From the NCBI GenBank assembly GCA_963845065.1, contig CAWJQQ010000002.1:448001-512000 (forward strand): a stretch of DNA of 64,000 bases, given 5' to 3'. The DNA comes from Nitrospirota bacterium. GTDB lineage: Bacteria > Nitrospirota > UBA9217. Below, piece by piece: positions 28,283 to 38,953 of this stretch (position 1 is its first letter; each line of letters starts with the position of its first letter). Under the pieces are notes generated by a model. The model ran no database searches. It was not told the origin of the DNA and saw nothing but the letters and a program-made list of their open reading frames with translations. A program made the translations under genes and the position numbers.

Positions 28283-29821
28283 TTATTTTCCTATCACGGT
28301 GCTGAGCATCTGGGTGACCACCGGCGCCGATGCTACCTTGGCATTAACCTGCTGAACCAAGTTTGCCACCGAGGCATGTATAACGCCGAAAGCGGCGTTC
28401 GGGTAAAGACCGATGAAAAACACCAGCACCACGAGCGGAAATGCAGCCACAACTTCGCGGGCGTTCATATCTGCAAGGTGCTCGTTGTGTGAATTCGTTA
28501 TTTTACCAAAGGCAACACGCTGGTAAAGCCAGAGCATGTATCCTGCGCCAAGGATGATACCCAGCGACGCGACCACGGCATATATTTTATTGTGCAGAAA
28601 TGCGCCCAAGAGGATCGTGAACTCTCCGATAAAACCGTTCGTGCCAGGCAGGCCGATTGATGCAAACGTGATGATCATCAGGAACGTTGCATACACCGGC
28701 ACCCGGGCTGCGATTCCGCCGTAGTCCGCGATCTGTCTCGTGTGGGTCCGTTCGTAAATCACACCCACGGCAAGGAACAACGCACCGGTCGAGACGCCAT
28801 GGTTCAGCATCTGAAGGATGCCTCCTTCAAGGCCCTGGAGATTTAACGTAAAGATGCCGAGAGTCACAAAACCCATATGGCTTACACTGGAGTAGGCAAT
28901 GAGCTTCTTGAAATCGGTCTGTGCAAAGGCCATGTAGGCTCCATAAATGATGGCAATGACCGATAGCACCATGATGGCAGGCGTCCAGGCAATGGCCGCG
29001 TCGGGAAAGAAAGGCAGCGAGAAGCGAAGAAAGCCGTAGGCCCCCATCTTTATAAGGATACCTGCAAGAATGATACTGCCAGCAGTCGGTGCTTCAACGT
29101 GGGCGTCCGGCAGCCAGGTGTGGACCGGGAACATCGGGACCTTGACGGCAAAAGCCGCGAAGAAGGCCGCAAAAACCCACATTTGGAAGGTGTAGTCGAA
29201 TTTATGATTCATGATCGCGAGCACGTCGAATGTGTGCCCGGCCGCGAAATAGACCGCGATGATCGCGATAAGCATGAGCACGCTGCCGACAAGCGTGTAA
29301 AGGAAGAACTTGATCGCAGCATACAGCCGGTTTGGACCGCCCCATATCCCGATAAGAAGATACATGGGAATGAGCATCGCTTCCCAAAAGATATAGAAGA
29401 GGAAAAGGTCAAGGGACACAAATACGCCAATCATGGCTGCTTCTAGGAACAATATGGCAATCATGAACTCACGCACTCTGTCCTGGATAGCTGTCCAAGA
29501 TACCATGATGGAAATGACAGTAAGGAGCGCAGACAGCGCGACAAACAGAACACTGATCCCATCAACGCCAATACGGTAATTGATGTTCCAGGCCGCGATC
29601 CAGGGCATGCTTTCGCCAAACTGCATGTGGGCAATGGAACCGTCGAAGTTCAGGAGAAGCGGTATGCACAGGCCGAGTTCAATGATCGAAAAGACGAGTG
29701 CTGTCCAGCGCACGGCTACCGCGTTTCGAATGAACAGCAGCAGGAACGCCCCGGCAACAGGTAGAAAGATAAAAAGGCTCAGCAGCGGATAATCGAGCTG
29801 ATTGAGTTTCAATTCGAGCAT
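28283..29821 (-). CDS. nuoM: NADH-quinone oxidoreductase subunit M
   Basis: FWEAMLIP, KVPMFPVHTWLPDAHVEAP, GLPGTNGFIGE. Confidence 0.95.
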   Translation of the reverse strand: MLELKLNQLDYPLLSLFIFLPVAGAFLLLFIRNAVAVRWTALVFSIIELGLCIPLLLNFDGSIAHMQFGESMPWIAAWNINYRIGVDGISVLFVALSALLTVISIMVSWTAIQDRVREFMIAILFLEAAMIGVFVSLDLFLFYIFWEAMLIPMYLLIGIWGGPNRLYAAIKFFLYTLVGSVLMLIAIIAVYFAAGHTFDVLAIMNHKFDYTFQMWVFAAFFAAFAVKVPMFPVHTWLPDAHVEAPTAGSIILAGILIKMGAYGFLRFSLPFFPDAAIAWTPAIMVLSVIAIIYGAYMAFAQTDFKKLIAYSSVSHMGFVTLGIFTLNLQGLEGGILQMLNHGVSTGALFLAVGVIYERTHTRQIADYGGIAARVPVYATFLMIITFASIGLPGTNGFIGEFTILLGAFLHNKIYAVVASLGIILGAGYMLWLYQRVAFGKITNSHNEHLADMNAREVVAAFPLVVLVFFIGLYPNAAFGVIHASVANLVQQVNAKVASAPVVTQMLSTVIGK

Positions 29822-29957
29822 GGATAAACTCCTTAATGAAAAGCAGAGTACTTAGTACAGAGTTCAGGGTGATATAGAAATCGCTAAATTGGGAAATGTG
29901 ACTTTGTATCCGTATTAGGGACTTTATTATGGATTATGCACTTTGTACTTCGTACGT

Positions 29958-31889
29958 TTAACTGAAAATATAGTACAATCCTACGAGCACCACGAGGCCG
30001 AGCCCCATCGTAAAAGCGTATTGCTGCACGTAACCGCTTTCAAGCCGCCTACCCTTCTCGCTCGTTTTACCGATTGCAGCTGCTAACCAGTTTATGAATC
30101 CGTCGATGATTTTCACATCACCAATACCATAGAGAAACTTGGCGAGCTTATGGACCAAGCCATCGACGAAGATGTAGTTATAGATTTCATCAACTTTGTA
30201 CTTGTTCAGGAGCAGGTTGTACGTGCCTTTGAATTTTTCGGCTATTTTATTAGGCCAGGCACTGCTGGTTTTATACATGCCATGCGCCAATCTCCAGCCA
30301 GCGGCGGCGATACCGACCGACAAGACCATCAATAATATTTCCGCGCCATGGCTTTCATGTGCAGCATGTTCCACATGCGGGAAGATTGGAGCCAGGAATT
30401 CCTCAAAGAGATTTCCGTGCTCGATGATGGGCATACCGATGAATCCAATTGTCGCCGCGAAGAAAGCAAGGATCATAAGCGGTACGGTCATCACCTTAGG
30501 TGATTCATGAACATGATGTGCAACCTCAGGATCAAGACGAGACTTGCCGTAAAACGTAAGGTAAATCAACCGGAAAGAATAAAATGCAGTCATGAATGCA
30601 CCCGCGATGCCTAGCAACCAAAGCCCCAAGCCGATCGATGGCGCATTGAAAGCATTCCAGAGAATGTCGTCCTTGCTGAAGAAACCCGCGAACGGCGGGA
30701 TCCCGGACAAGGCAAGAGTACCGATATAAAATACGGCCCAGGTGATTTTAATTTTCGGTTGTAGCGCGCCCATCTTGCGCATGTCCTGCTCGCCGGAGAG
30801 GGCATGGATCACGCTGCCCGAAGCAAGGAACAGGAGACCCTTGAAGAACGCATGCGTCGTGAGGTGAAAGATGCCGGCGGAGAATGCCCCGACGCCGAGG
30901 CCGAGGAACATGTACCCGAGTTGGCTAATAGTGGAATAGGCGATGACTCGCTTGATGTCGTTCTGCACGAGGCCGATGGTCGCAGCAAAGACGGCTGTCA
31001 GACCGCCGACAATCGCCACGGTGTTCATCGCCGTTTCGGAGAGCGAGAAGATCGGTGCGCAACGCGCCACCATGAACACGCCGGCTGTTACCATGGTCGC
31101 AGCATGGATCAAGGCGCTGACCGGTGTCGGGCCTTCCATGGCATCCGGCAACCAGACATATAATGGAAGTTGTGCCGATTTGCCCATGGCTCCCAGAAAC
31201 AGCAGGAGCGAGATCAGTGTGATCACGCTGATTTCGCCTCCGAAGATATGATAGGTATGGTTCGTAACCGAAGTCCCCATCGTGGCAAAGACCTGGGAAA
31301 AATCAAGTGTGCCGCATGTCACGAAAATGAGCAGAACACCGAGCACGAACCCGAAGTCGCCAACCCGGTTCACCACAAAAGCCTTGACTCCCGCATCAGC
31401 GGCCGATTTCTTCTCGTACCAAAAACCGATAAGCAGGTAGGAGCAGAGACCCACGCCTTCCCAGCCTACGAACATGACCAGAAAGTTATTGGCCATCACC
31501 AGCACGAGCATGAAAAACGTGAAGAGCGATAGATACGCGAAGAACCGGGGATAGCCCTTGTCGCCGTGCATGTATCCGACGGAATAGATATGAATGAGCG
31601 AACTAAGCGTTGTCACAACCAGCAGCATCACCGCAGTGAGCTGGTCAATCTGGAAACCTACGTTAACCGTGAAGGTGCCGACTGAGATCCAGGTATAAAA
31701 ATTCTCATTCAGCTTTGCCCCGCCCAGCACATCGACGAACGCGCTAATGGAAAGAATGAACGCACCAATCACTCCCGCGATGGGGAAGTAGGCGGCCCTC
31801 TCTTTCAGAACTTTCCCGAACAGTCCCGCTATCAAAAAACCAGCAAACGGCAAAAGCGGTATAAGTGCGTATGTGAGCATGTCATGCAC
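29958..31889 (-). CDS. nuoL: NADH-quinone oxidoreductase subunit L
   Basis: GWEGVG, NRVGD, GKSAQLPLYVWLPDAMEGPTPVSALIHAATMV. Confidence 0.95.
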   Translation of the reverse strand: MHDMLTYALIPLLPFAGFLIAGLFGKVLKERAAYFPIAGVIGAFILSISAFVDVLGGAKLNENFYTWISVGTFTVNVGFQIDQLTAVMLLVVTTLSSLIHIYSVGYMHGDKGYPRFFAYLSLFTFFMLVLVMANNFLVMFVGWEGVGLCSYLLIGFWYEKKSAADAGVKAFVVNRVGDFGFVLGVLLIFVTCGTLDFSQVFATMGTSVTNHTYHIFGGEISVITLISLLLFLGAMGKSAQLPLYVWLPDAMEGPTPVSALIHAATMVTAGVFMVARCAPIFSLSETAMNTVAIVGGLTAVFAATIGLVQNDIKRVIAYSTISQLGYMFLGLGVGAFSAGIFHLTTHAFFKGLLFLASGSVIHALSGEQDMRKMGALQPKIKITWAVFYIGTLALSGIPPFAGFFSKDDILWNAFNAPSIGLGLWLLGIAGAFMTAFYSFRLIYLTFYGKSRLDPEVAHHVHESPKVMTVPLMILAFFAATIGFIGMPIIEHGNLFEEFLAPIFPHVEHAAHESHGAEILLMVLSVGIAAAGWRLAHGMYKTSSAWPNKIAEKFKGTYNLLLNKYKVDEIYNYIFVDGLVHKLAKFLYGIGDVKIIDGFINWLAAAIGKTSEKGRRLESGYVQQYAFTMGLGLVVLVGLYYIFS

Positions 31890-31935
31890 CTCGATTTATC
31901 AACGAAAGAATACTAATTAATCAGCAGTCCGGAAA

Positions 31936-32238
31936 TCAGCCCTTCATGATATTGAATTCATCCACATAGATGCTCCCGCGGTTGCGCGAAAGCAGGATGA
32001 TAATCGCGAGCGCCACAGCGGCCTCTGCTGCGGCCACCGTTATGACGAAAATCACGAAGATCTGTCCGGTCAACGATTGCAAATAGTGCGAGAATGCGAC
32101 AAGATTGATGTTTGCCGCGTTCAGCATAAGCTCGATGGACATCAGAATGATGAATATATTGCGGCGGCTCAAGACACCTATGATGCCGATCGAGAACAGT
32201 GCTGCGCTCAAAAAGATGTACCAGGACAGGGGGATCAT
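31936..32238 (-). CDS. nuoK: NADH-quinone oxidoreductase subunit K
   Basis: SIELMLNA, VAAAEAAV. Confidence 0.95.
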   Translation of the reverse strand: MIPLSWYIFLSAALFSIGIIGVLSRRNIFIILMSIELMLNAANINLVAFSHYLQSLTGQIFVIFVITVAAAEAAVALAIIILLSRNRGSIYVDEFNIMKG

Positions 32239-32319
32239 AGTAAAACCTCCAGAATGCGGTAGATAGCCAGCGGTAGACGGAAAACCTGCAGGTTCTGCCT
32301 ACCATCTACAGATTTCCAT

Positions 32320-32829
32320 CTACTCGTTACTCCTCTTCTTCGCCAACATAACAGCGCCCACAAGACCTACGAGCAGGATGATGGATGCTGCTTCAAAAGG
32401 TATCAGATAATTCCGGTACAGCAGTCCACCCAGTTCCTTGACGCCGCTGCCAGCAAGCTGCATGGTCTGCCCCGTATCTGCAGCTGAAAAGGTACCTCGC
32501 GAGATAAGAAGGATGATCTCAGCGGCAATCACCGCTCCAAAACCAACCATCCACCGCCAGTAACGGTTTGCACGCGCGGCGGAACTTTCCCGATCCACGT
32601 TCAAGAGCATCACTACAAAGAGGTAGAGGATCAGGATGGCCCCGGCATACACAATGAGTTGCACTGCTGCCAGGAATTCAGCGTTAAGGAGAACGAACAC
32701 TCCTGCAATGTGAAAGAATAACAGCAGCATGAACATCACACTGTGAATGGGGTTCCTTCGGGTTATCATCAAGACCGCCGACAGCAGAATGACGGTAGCG
32801 AAGTACATGAATATAAGCTCGTTTATCAT
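32320..32829 (-). CDS. nuoJ: NADH-quinone oxidoreductase subunit J
   Basis: NPIHS, AEFLAAVQLIVYAGAI, PFE. Confidence 0.92.
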   Translation of the reverse strand: MINELIFMYFATVILLSAVLMITRRNPIHSVMFMLLLFFHIAGVFVLLNAEFLAAVQLIVYAGAILILYLFVVMLLNVDRESSAARANRYWRWMVGFGAVIAAEIILLISRGTFSAADTGQTMQLAGSGVKELGGLLYRNYLIPFEAASIILLVGLVGAVMLAKKRSNE

Positions 32830-33296
32830 TTCTTGTTTCCTGCCTTCCCGCCCATGTAGCGATCGCCCACATCGACTAAGCGATCCTTGGTATAGAACGC
32901 GTCTTTTCTGGAATAACAGGCCAATTCGAACTCGGGCGTCATCAGAATCGCCGATACGGGGCAGGAATCGATGCAAAACCCGCAGAAGACGCACCGAAAC
33001 AGGTCAAGCTCGTACGCGTTGACAAGTTTTTCGTGATTGAGTCCCTCCGAGGTTACCACGGTAATGGCTTTCGCCGGACAGACCGCCTCGCACAGACCGC
33101 AGCCGATGCATGCACCGTTTCCCGATTCGTCACGCCGCATGGCATGGAGCCCACGCGAACCGGGGATCGGTTTTCGTTTGAATGTAGGATACTGCCGGGT
33201 GATGGCCGGTGTCAGCATGGTTTTGAGCGTTAATGCCATGCCCTGGGCTATTTCGATCAGAAAGATCGTTTTGAAGAACTGTTTCACTTTATTCAT
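32826..33296 (-). CDS. nuoI: NADH-quinone oxidoreductase subunit I
   Basis: CIGCGLCEAVCP and CVFCGFCIDSCP. Confidence 0.95.
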   Translation of the reverse strand: MNKVKQFFKTIFLIEIAQGMALTLKTMLTPAITRQYPTFKRKPIPGSRGLHAMRRDESGNGACIGCGLCEAVCPAKAITVVTSEGLNHEKLVNAYELDLFRCVFCGFCIDSCPVSAILMTPEFELACYSRKDAFYTKDRLVDVGDRYMGGKAGNKK

Positions 33297-33356
33297 CGTC
33301 GTAGACCTCTTGCTCCTTACTCCAAACTCTTCACTCCTGAAGTCTCACTACGTGCC

Positions 33357-34442
33357 TCACAGCCATCCCATCTGTTTCATGCCTGCTGCAACGAGTAATG
33401 TAACAAGCGATAATGGAAGTAATATTTTCCAGGAAATGGACATGAGTTGGTCATACCGGTACCGAGGGAGCGTTGCGCGGAGCCACATATAAAAAAAGAT
33501 AAAGAAGTACAGCTTGCCGAGCAGCCAGATCGTCGGGGGAATGGCTGCCAAGAGCTTGTTGATAAAGGCGATGGGGGCGATATGGCCAAGCGTATGTGGC
33601 AATATCTGCACCGGAAGCCAGCCTCCCAGGAACATGATTGAAGCGAGGAGGGATACTACGATCATGTTCATATACTCAGCCATATAGAAAATACCGAAGC
33701 GAATACCGCTGTATTCGGTGAAGTACCCTGCTACGAGTTCACTTTCTGCTTCTGGCAGGTCGAAAGGCACGCGGTTCGTCTCGGCGATGCCTGCCATGAG
33801 GTAAAGGAAGAATGCCACCGGACCTACGGGCAACGCCACGATAAACCACTTATGTGTCTGGGCATTCACGATCTCAGATAGATTGAGCGACCCCGCCATG
33901 AGCACGACCGTGATGATCGCAAAGGCCATCGGAATCTCGTAACTAATCATCTGTGCAGCCGAACGGAAGCCTCCCATGAGGGAATATTTATTGTTAGACG
34001 CCCACCCAGCCATTATTACGCCGTAGGTGCCTACACTCGAGAAGGCAAGAATGTAGAGAATGCCGACATTCAGGTTCGAAACCCAAAGTGGAACCTTGTT
34101 CTTTAAAAGGCCGAAGAAGTCTGTGGGCGGACCGAAAGGAATCACCACCATCGCCCCGAAAGCCATAACGAGCAGGATCAAGGGCGCTATACTGAATACC
34201 CACTTGTCGGCCTGTGCGGGGATAATATCTTCTTTCATCATGAACTTGACTGCATCTGCGACCGGCTGAAGTATCCCGTGCCAGCCGGTTCGCATCGGAC
34301 CGAGCCGTCCCTGCATATGGGCCAACACTTTGCGCTCCATAAGCTGCAAGTACATGGCGTTTGCCAGGATGAACGCAAGGAGTACCACGACGGGTATCCC
34401 TAGCGTGACCACGTAGTGAAGTATTTGGTTCATAGCGGGCAT
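33357..34442 (-). CDS. nuoH: NADH-quinone oxidoreductase subunit H
   Basis: ERKVLAHMQGRLGP, NRVPFDLPEAESEL, RYRYDQL. Confidence 0.95.
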   Translation of the reverse strand: MPAMNQILHYVVTLGIPVVVLLAFILANAMYLQLMERKVLAHMQGRLGPMRTGWHGILQPVADAVKFMMKEDIIPAQADKWVFSIAPLILLVMAFGAMVVIPFGPPTDFFGLLKNKVPLWVSNLNVGILYILAFSSVGTYGVIMAGWASNNKYSLMGGFRSAAQMISYEIPMAFAIITVVLMAGSLNLSEIVNAQTHKWFIVALPVGPVAFFLYLMAGIAETNRVPFDLPEAESELVAGYFTEYSGIRFGIFYMAEYMNMIVVSLLASIMFLGGWLPVQILPHTLGHIAPIAFINKLLAAIPPTIWLLGKLYFFIFFYMWLRATLPRYRYDQLMSISWKILLPLSLVTLLVAAGMKQMGWL

Positions 34443-34451
34443 GTTCTGCTC

Positions 34452-36575
34452 CTACACTTCTATCTTGTAGTGTCGAATTGTACTAATTTCTTGAGAACGG
34501 GTTATCATCCCGCCTGACGAGAACAACAGGCGCTCCCCGGTGATTACTTCCTGCTTCATGATCGAATCCGATGAAAGTGAAAGATCGTCGGCTGTTCCGG
34601 CGAGCGGCGATTTTTCACGAGCCCAGCACGCTCCTGCACTGAGGTCTTTGTAGAAGGGGATGACGGACCGTATCTCTGCTAGGATGTCCCGGACCGAACT
34701 GTAGTTCATGGAACCGCCCATCCTTTTTGCAAGGTCTTGGATGATCTCCCAGTCAGGCCGAGACTCCCCGATAGGTTCCTCGGCTCTGTTGATATGCTGG
34801 AACCGGCGCTCGAGGTTTGTGAACGTCCCGCTCTTTTCCGCAGAACTTGCAGCAGGAAGTACGACATGAGCGAGCTTTGCTGTCTCAGTCATGAAAATAT
34901 CCTGCACCACGAGGAATTCGAGCTTTTGGAGAATTGAGCTAAGAGATGGATCGCTCCCTACGGGATCGTCGCCCATGATGTAAAGTGCAGCCAGCTTGCC
35001 CGATGCGATTGAGTTGAGCATCTCGATGGCGTTCATGCCAGGCTGTTCGGCTTTGCGATAACCCGGCAGATAGCCCGAAATCACTCCCATATCGAGTGAG
35101 CCCTGGAAGTTGCTTCTCCGGACAAGCGGATAGTATGTGACACTCGGGAGTTTTTCCGCAAGGTCTCTGATTAGTGAAAACTCGTTGTCCGTTAGCTGCG
35201 CGGGAACAATGATCGCGACTTTCTTTGCCGTTTTCAATAACTCGGCCGCCGCTTTGACCTCGTTGGTCCCTGTTGTGGAGGAGTACGCCTTGACCAGGTC
35301 CATCAGCGCGCGTTCCGTACTTGTCGGCAATACCACTTTCGCAATTTTGTCGAACTTGTTGAACTCGTCATTCACCAGAATCACCTTCCGGTCCTTTGTG
35401 TTGACGGCACGGACGATTTCAATGCCGGTGAGAGGATTGATCTCGCCCACATTCTTGTCAAGCACGAGAATAACATCGTGCTCGGCCATCCGGTTCAGTT
35501 CTCCTGAGAAAAACGAAGTATTCAGGCCCTGGGGTATTTTGAGCCGGGCGAGCGTGTCAATGTTGTTGGTTTCGACAACGGTGCGCAGAAATTTCTGGAA
35601 CGCATAGCTGTCCTCGTTCGTGGTTCTTACCGACCCGAGCCCACCGATCTTCCCAGCGCCGTTCTTGCTCTTGATCACATTGAGATTGGTGGCGATGACC
35701 GACAGCGCCTCTTCCCAGGTACAATCGACCAGTTCTCCCCCTACCCGCATCTTGGGATTCGTCAGGCGCTCGCTACTGTGAAAGGCGTCCCAACCGAACC
35801 GCCCTTTTGCGCAAAGGTAATTGTTCCGAGCAGGGCTGACCCGCATGATCTTCCCTTCACGCGTTTCATAGTTGATGCCGCATCCACAACCGCAATAATT
35901 GCACACCGAGGAAGTTGCTTCCAGGTTCCATGACCGAGCCTTGTACTTGAACTGACGTGTGGTGAGTGCCCCAACAGGGCAGATTTCGGTACACTCGCCG
36001 CAGAACTCGCAGTCGAGCGGTCGGTCGAAATCGGTGCTGATGCGTGCTCGTGTTCCCCGGCGCGTGAAGGCCCACTCGCCCACCGCATTCTGTTCGTCGC
36101 AGATCCTGACGCACTTGCCGCAAAGGATGCAGCGACTGATGTTGCGCTCGATGACCGAACTTTCGTAATCTGGCGGAAGATATCCCTTTTGAGCGTCGAA
36201 CCTGCTTGGACCAAGCCCGTACTCATGTACCAGGTCCTGGAGGCTGCACTCGCCCGCTTTATCGCAAACCGGGCAGTCGAGGGGATGTCTGATCAGGAGC
36301 AGTTCGAGGACCATCCGACGTGCCTCGGTGATTGCCGGCGTCGACGTTCTGACGACCATATTGTCCATAATCGGCGTGGTGCAAGAAGGCGTGAACTTGC
36401 GATGCGCTCCTTCAACCTCGACGAGGCAGATGCGACATGCTCCGAAAGGATGGAGTTTGTTGTCTTGGCACAGGGTAGGTATCCTGGATCCCGCGGCAAC
36501 TGCCGCCTCATAGATAGTGGAGCCCGCCGGGACCTCCACTTTTTTTCCATCAACTGTTACCGTCATTTTCTGCAT
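34452..36575 (-). CDS. nuoG: NuoG-like / formate-dehydrogenase-like Fe-S subunit lacking the Mo-ligand residue
   Basis: GACRIC, HPLDCPVCDKAGEC, CILCGKCVRIC, CEFCGECTEICP, CNYCGCGC; NNIDTLARLK where FdhF has Cys/Sec. Confidence 0.85.
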   Translation of the reverse strand: MQKMTVTVDGKKVEVPAGSTIYEAAVAAGSRIPTLCQDNKLHPFGACRICLVEVEGAHRKFTPSCTTPIMDNMVVRTSTPAITEARRMVLELLLIRHPLDCPVCDKAGECSLQDLVHEYGLGPSRFDAQKGYLPPDYESSVIERNISRCILCGKCVRICDEQNAVGEWAFTRRGTRARISTDFDRPLDCEFCGECTEICPVGALTTRQFKYKARSWNLEATSSVCNYCGCGCGINYETREGKIMRVSPARNNYLCAKGRFGWDAFHSSERLTNPKMRVGGELVDCTWEEALSVIATNLNVIKSKNGAGKIGGLGSVRTTNEDSYAFQKFLRTVVETNNIDTLARLKIPQGLNTSFFSGELNRMAEHDVILVLDKNVGEINPLTGIEIVRAVNTKDRKVILVNDEFNKFDKIAKVVLPTSTERALMDLVKAYSSTTGTNEVKAAAELLKTAKKVAIIVPAQLTDNEFSLIRDLAEKLPSVTYYPLVRRSNFQGSLDMGVISGYLPGYRKAEQPGMNAIEMLNSIASGKLAALYIMGDDPVGSDPSLSSILQKLEFLVVQDIFMTETAKLAHVVLPAASSAEKSGTFTNLERRFQHINRAEEPIGESRPDWEIIQDLAKRMGGSMNYSSVRDILAEIRSVIPFYKDLSAGACWAREKSPLAGTADDLSLSSDSIMKQEVITGERLLFSSGGMITRSQEISTIRHYKIEV

Positions 36576-36626
36576 ATATAGTTACCTTCGCGTTAGTATC
36601 GTGAATATTGATTTTATGAATTATTA

Positions 36627-38417
36627 TTAATCAATCGCCCAGAAACGGCAATTCTTGATGCAGGTTTTGCATCTTGTACACTTCTCCTGATCAATATAGG
36701 CCACCTGACCCTTTTCCCATTTGATCGCATTGGCCGGGCAGTTCTTGAAACAGAGACCACATTTTTTGCACTTCTCTTCGTTTACCTTAAACTCAATCAG
36801 AGCCGTACAGACCCGGGCGGGACACTTATGATCCTTGATGTGCGCTTCATATTCCTCACGGAAGTATTTGATCGTCGTGAGCACCGGGTTCGGCGAGGTT
36901 TGGCCGAGACCGCAGAGCGATGTGTCCTTGATCTGCTGTGAGAGGTCGAGCAGCAGTTGGATGTCTCCTTCGCGGCCCTCGCCGTTCGTGATTCGGGTAA
37001 GGATCGTGAGCAGCATGGCGTTACCGATCCTGCAGGGGACGCACTTGCCGCAGGACTCGTCCTCGGTGAACTCGAGGAAGAACTTGGCCATGGCCGGCAT
37101 GCAGGTCGTCTCGTCCATTACGACCATACCGCCGGATCCCATGATCGCGCCAGTCTTGTTGATGTTCTCGAAATCCACGGGCGTATCGATGAGCGATGAG
37201 GGAATACAGCCGCCCGACGGTCCGCCCATCTGCACGGCCTTGAGCTTCCGGTTTCCCTTGATACCGCCGCCTATGTCATAGATCACGGTCTTGAGCGGGA
37301 TGCCCATGGGCACTTCAACGAGCCCGATGTTGTTCAGCGCTCCCGAAAGTGCGAACACTTTTGTACCTTTGCTCTTTTCAGTCCCGAGGCTCGCAAACCA
37401 GTCCGCTCCGTTCAGGATAATGGGCGGCACATTAGCAAAGGTTTCGACGTTGTTCAGGACCGACGGCCGCTGCCAGAGTCCCTTGACCGCAAGATGCGGC
37501 GGCTTGGCTTTCGGCATACCGCGTTTACCTTCGATGGATTGTATAAGGGCCGTCGCTTCGCCGCAGACGAACGCCCCGGCTCCCTGATAAATATCGATTT
37601 CCAGATCGAATCCGGAGCCAAGAATGTCCTTGCCGAGAAGACCCCGCTCCTTGGCTTGTTCAATCGCAAGCTGCAGTCGCTGCACGGCAAGGGGATATTC
37701 GGCCCGTACATAAATATACCCATCATGGGCATTGATAGCTTTTGCGGCAATGATCATGCCTTCAAGGACGGAATGTGGATCTGCCTCCATGACGCTGCGG
37801 TCCATAAACGCGCCAGGGTCGCCCTCGTCTCCGTTGCATAGGATATATTTGATTTTGCCCTGGACCCGCGCACAGAGTTCCCACTTGAGTCCGGTCGGAA
37901 AGCCTGCTCCCCCCCGGCCGCGGAGACCGGACTTTTTCATCTCGCTCACGATTTGTTCGGGCGTCATCTCAGTAAGCGCTTTGGCCGCTGCCATGTAGCC
38001 GTCGCGTGCAATGTACTCCTCGATCTTCTCGGCATCGATAAGGCTCCGGTTCCGGAGTGCACGCAACACTTGGTGTTTGAAGAAGGGGATCTCGTTCATC
38101 ACCGGGATAGTCTTCTTTTCCGTCGGTGGCGTGTACAAGAACTTCTGGACCGGGCGTCCCTTGATGAAGTGCTCCTCAACCAGGTTTGGAACATCCTCGG
38201 GTTTCACGAGCTGGTAGAAAATATCCTCGGGGTAGACGACCATCACCGGCCCCTTGGCGCAGAATCCATTGCAGCCGGTAAGTACGATCTTGACCTCATT
38301 TTGAAGGTTTCGCTTGATAAACTCGGTTTCGAGTGCGTCTCTGACCTTCAGTGAACCGTTTGCCACGCAGCCCGTGCCTGCGCAAATCATTATGTTTGAG
38401 CGGTATGTCGTTTCCAC
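36627..38417 (-). CDS. nuoF: Long NuoF / HydB (HndC)-type flavoprotein with N-terminal 2Fe-2S and C-terminal 2x[4Fe-4S] domains
   Basis: CAGTGC..GCNGFC, GRGGAGFPTG, DEGDPGAFMDR, GGPSGG, ESCGKCVPCR, two C-terminal CxxCxxCxxxC motifs. Confidence 0.9.
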   Translation of the reverse strand: METTYRSNIMICAGTGCVANGSLKVRDALETEFIKRNLQNEVKIVLTGCNGFCAKGPVMVVYPEDIFYQLVKPEDVPNLVEEHFIKGRPVQKFLYTPPTEKKTIPVMNEIPFFKHQVLRALRNRSLIDAEKIEEYIARDGYMAAAKALTEMTPEQIVSEMKKSGLRGRGGAGFPTGLKWELCARVQGKIKYILCNGDEGDPGAFMDRSVMEADPHSVLEGMIIAAKAINAHDGYIYVRAEYPLAVQRLQLAIEQAKERGLLGKDILGSGFDLEIDIYQGAGAFVCGEATALIQSIEGKRGMPKAKPPHLAVKGLWQRPSVLNNVETFANVPPIILNGADWFASLGTEKSKGTKVFALSGALNNIGLVEVPMGIPLKTVIYDIGGGIKGNRKLKAVQMGGPSGGCIPSSLIDTPVDFENINKTGAIMGSGGMVVMDETTCMPAMAKFFLEFTEDESCGKCVPCRIGNAMLLTILTRITNGEGREGDIQLLLDLSQQIKDTSLCGLGQTSPNPVLTTIKYFREEYEAHIKDHKCPARVCTALIEFKVNEEKCKKCGLCFKNCPANAIKWEKGQVAYIDQEKCTRCKTCIKNCRFWAID

Positions 38418-38470
38418 GTTACCTTACCCCATTAAACAGTTTAAGCGGTCTAACAGTTCAAACCGTTATT

Positions 38471-38848
38471 TTAATACGTCGTCTCATGCCCGACGACCAG
38501 TGCATATTCTTGAACCGGCTTGCCTCCCACCACGTGTTCGGCAAATATCTTCCGCATCTTCTCATCCGTCAGCAAGACATACTTCACCGGCGGCTCGCCG
38601 GTAAGTTCTATCGAAGCCATAGGCTCTTTGCTGCAAAGCCCCGCACATCCCGAAGTGGTTACCGCAACATCCTTGAGGTTTGATTTTGTGAGTTCATCCA
38701 TGACCACATTCATAATGCCACGAGCACCCGCTGCGATGCCGCAAGTTCCCATATTCACCGTGATCTTGACCCGGAAGCCTCCCTCACGCAGTCCCTGATG
38801 GTAATCTTGCTTAATCTTTTTCAAATCCGCAATCGTCAACTTTGCCAT
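38471..38848 (-). CDS. Thioredoxin-like [2Fe-2S] ferredoxin subunit (HndB-like)
   Basis: MGTCGIAAGA, SGCAGLCSKEP. Confidence 0.85.
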   Translation of the reverse strand: MAKLTIADLKKIKQDYHQGLREGGFRVKITVNMGTCGIAAGARGIMNVVMDELTKSNLKDVAVTTSGCAGLCSKEPMASIELTGEPPVKYVLLTDEKMRKIFAEHVVGGKPVQEYALVVGHETTY

Positions 38849-38953
38849 ATGTCCCCCCTTATGGGGAAATCCTCAATTCAAATATCGGAATCCTGAATGT
38901 TTCCGTATACCGACTTAATTAGAATTTCGGATTTCGTGCATTGGTTTTATCTC

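Noticed and set aside
26815..31889. 2M-type complex I
   Set aside because: Only one nuoM lies between nuoL and nuoN
34452..36575. Active formate dehydrogenase or [FeFe]-hydrogenase subunit
   Set aside because: No Cys/Sec at the Mo-ligand position, reduced molybdopterin domains, no H-cluster motifs
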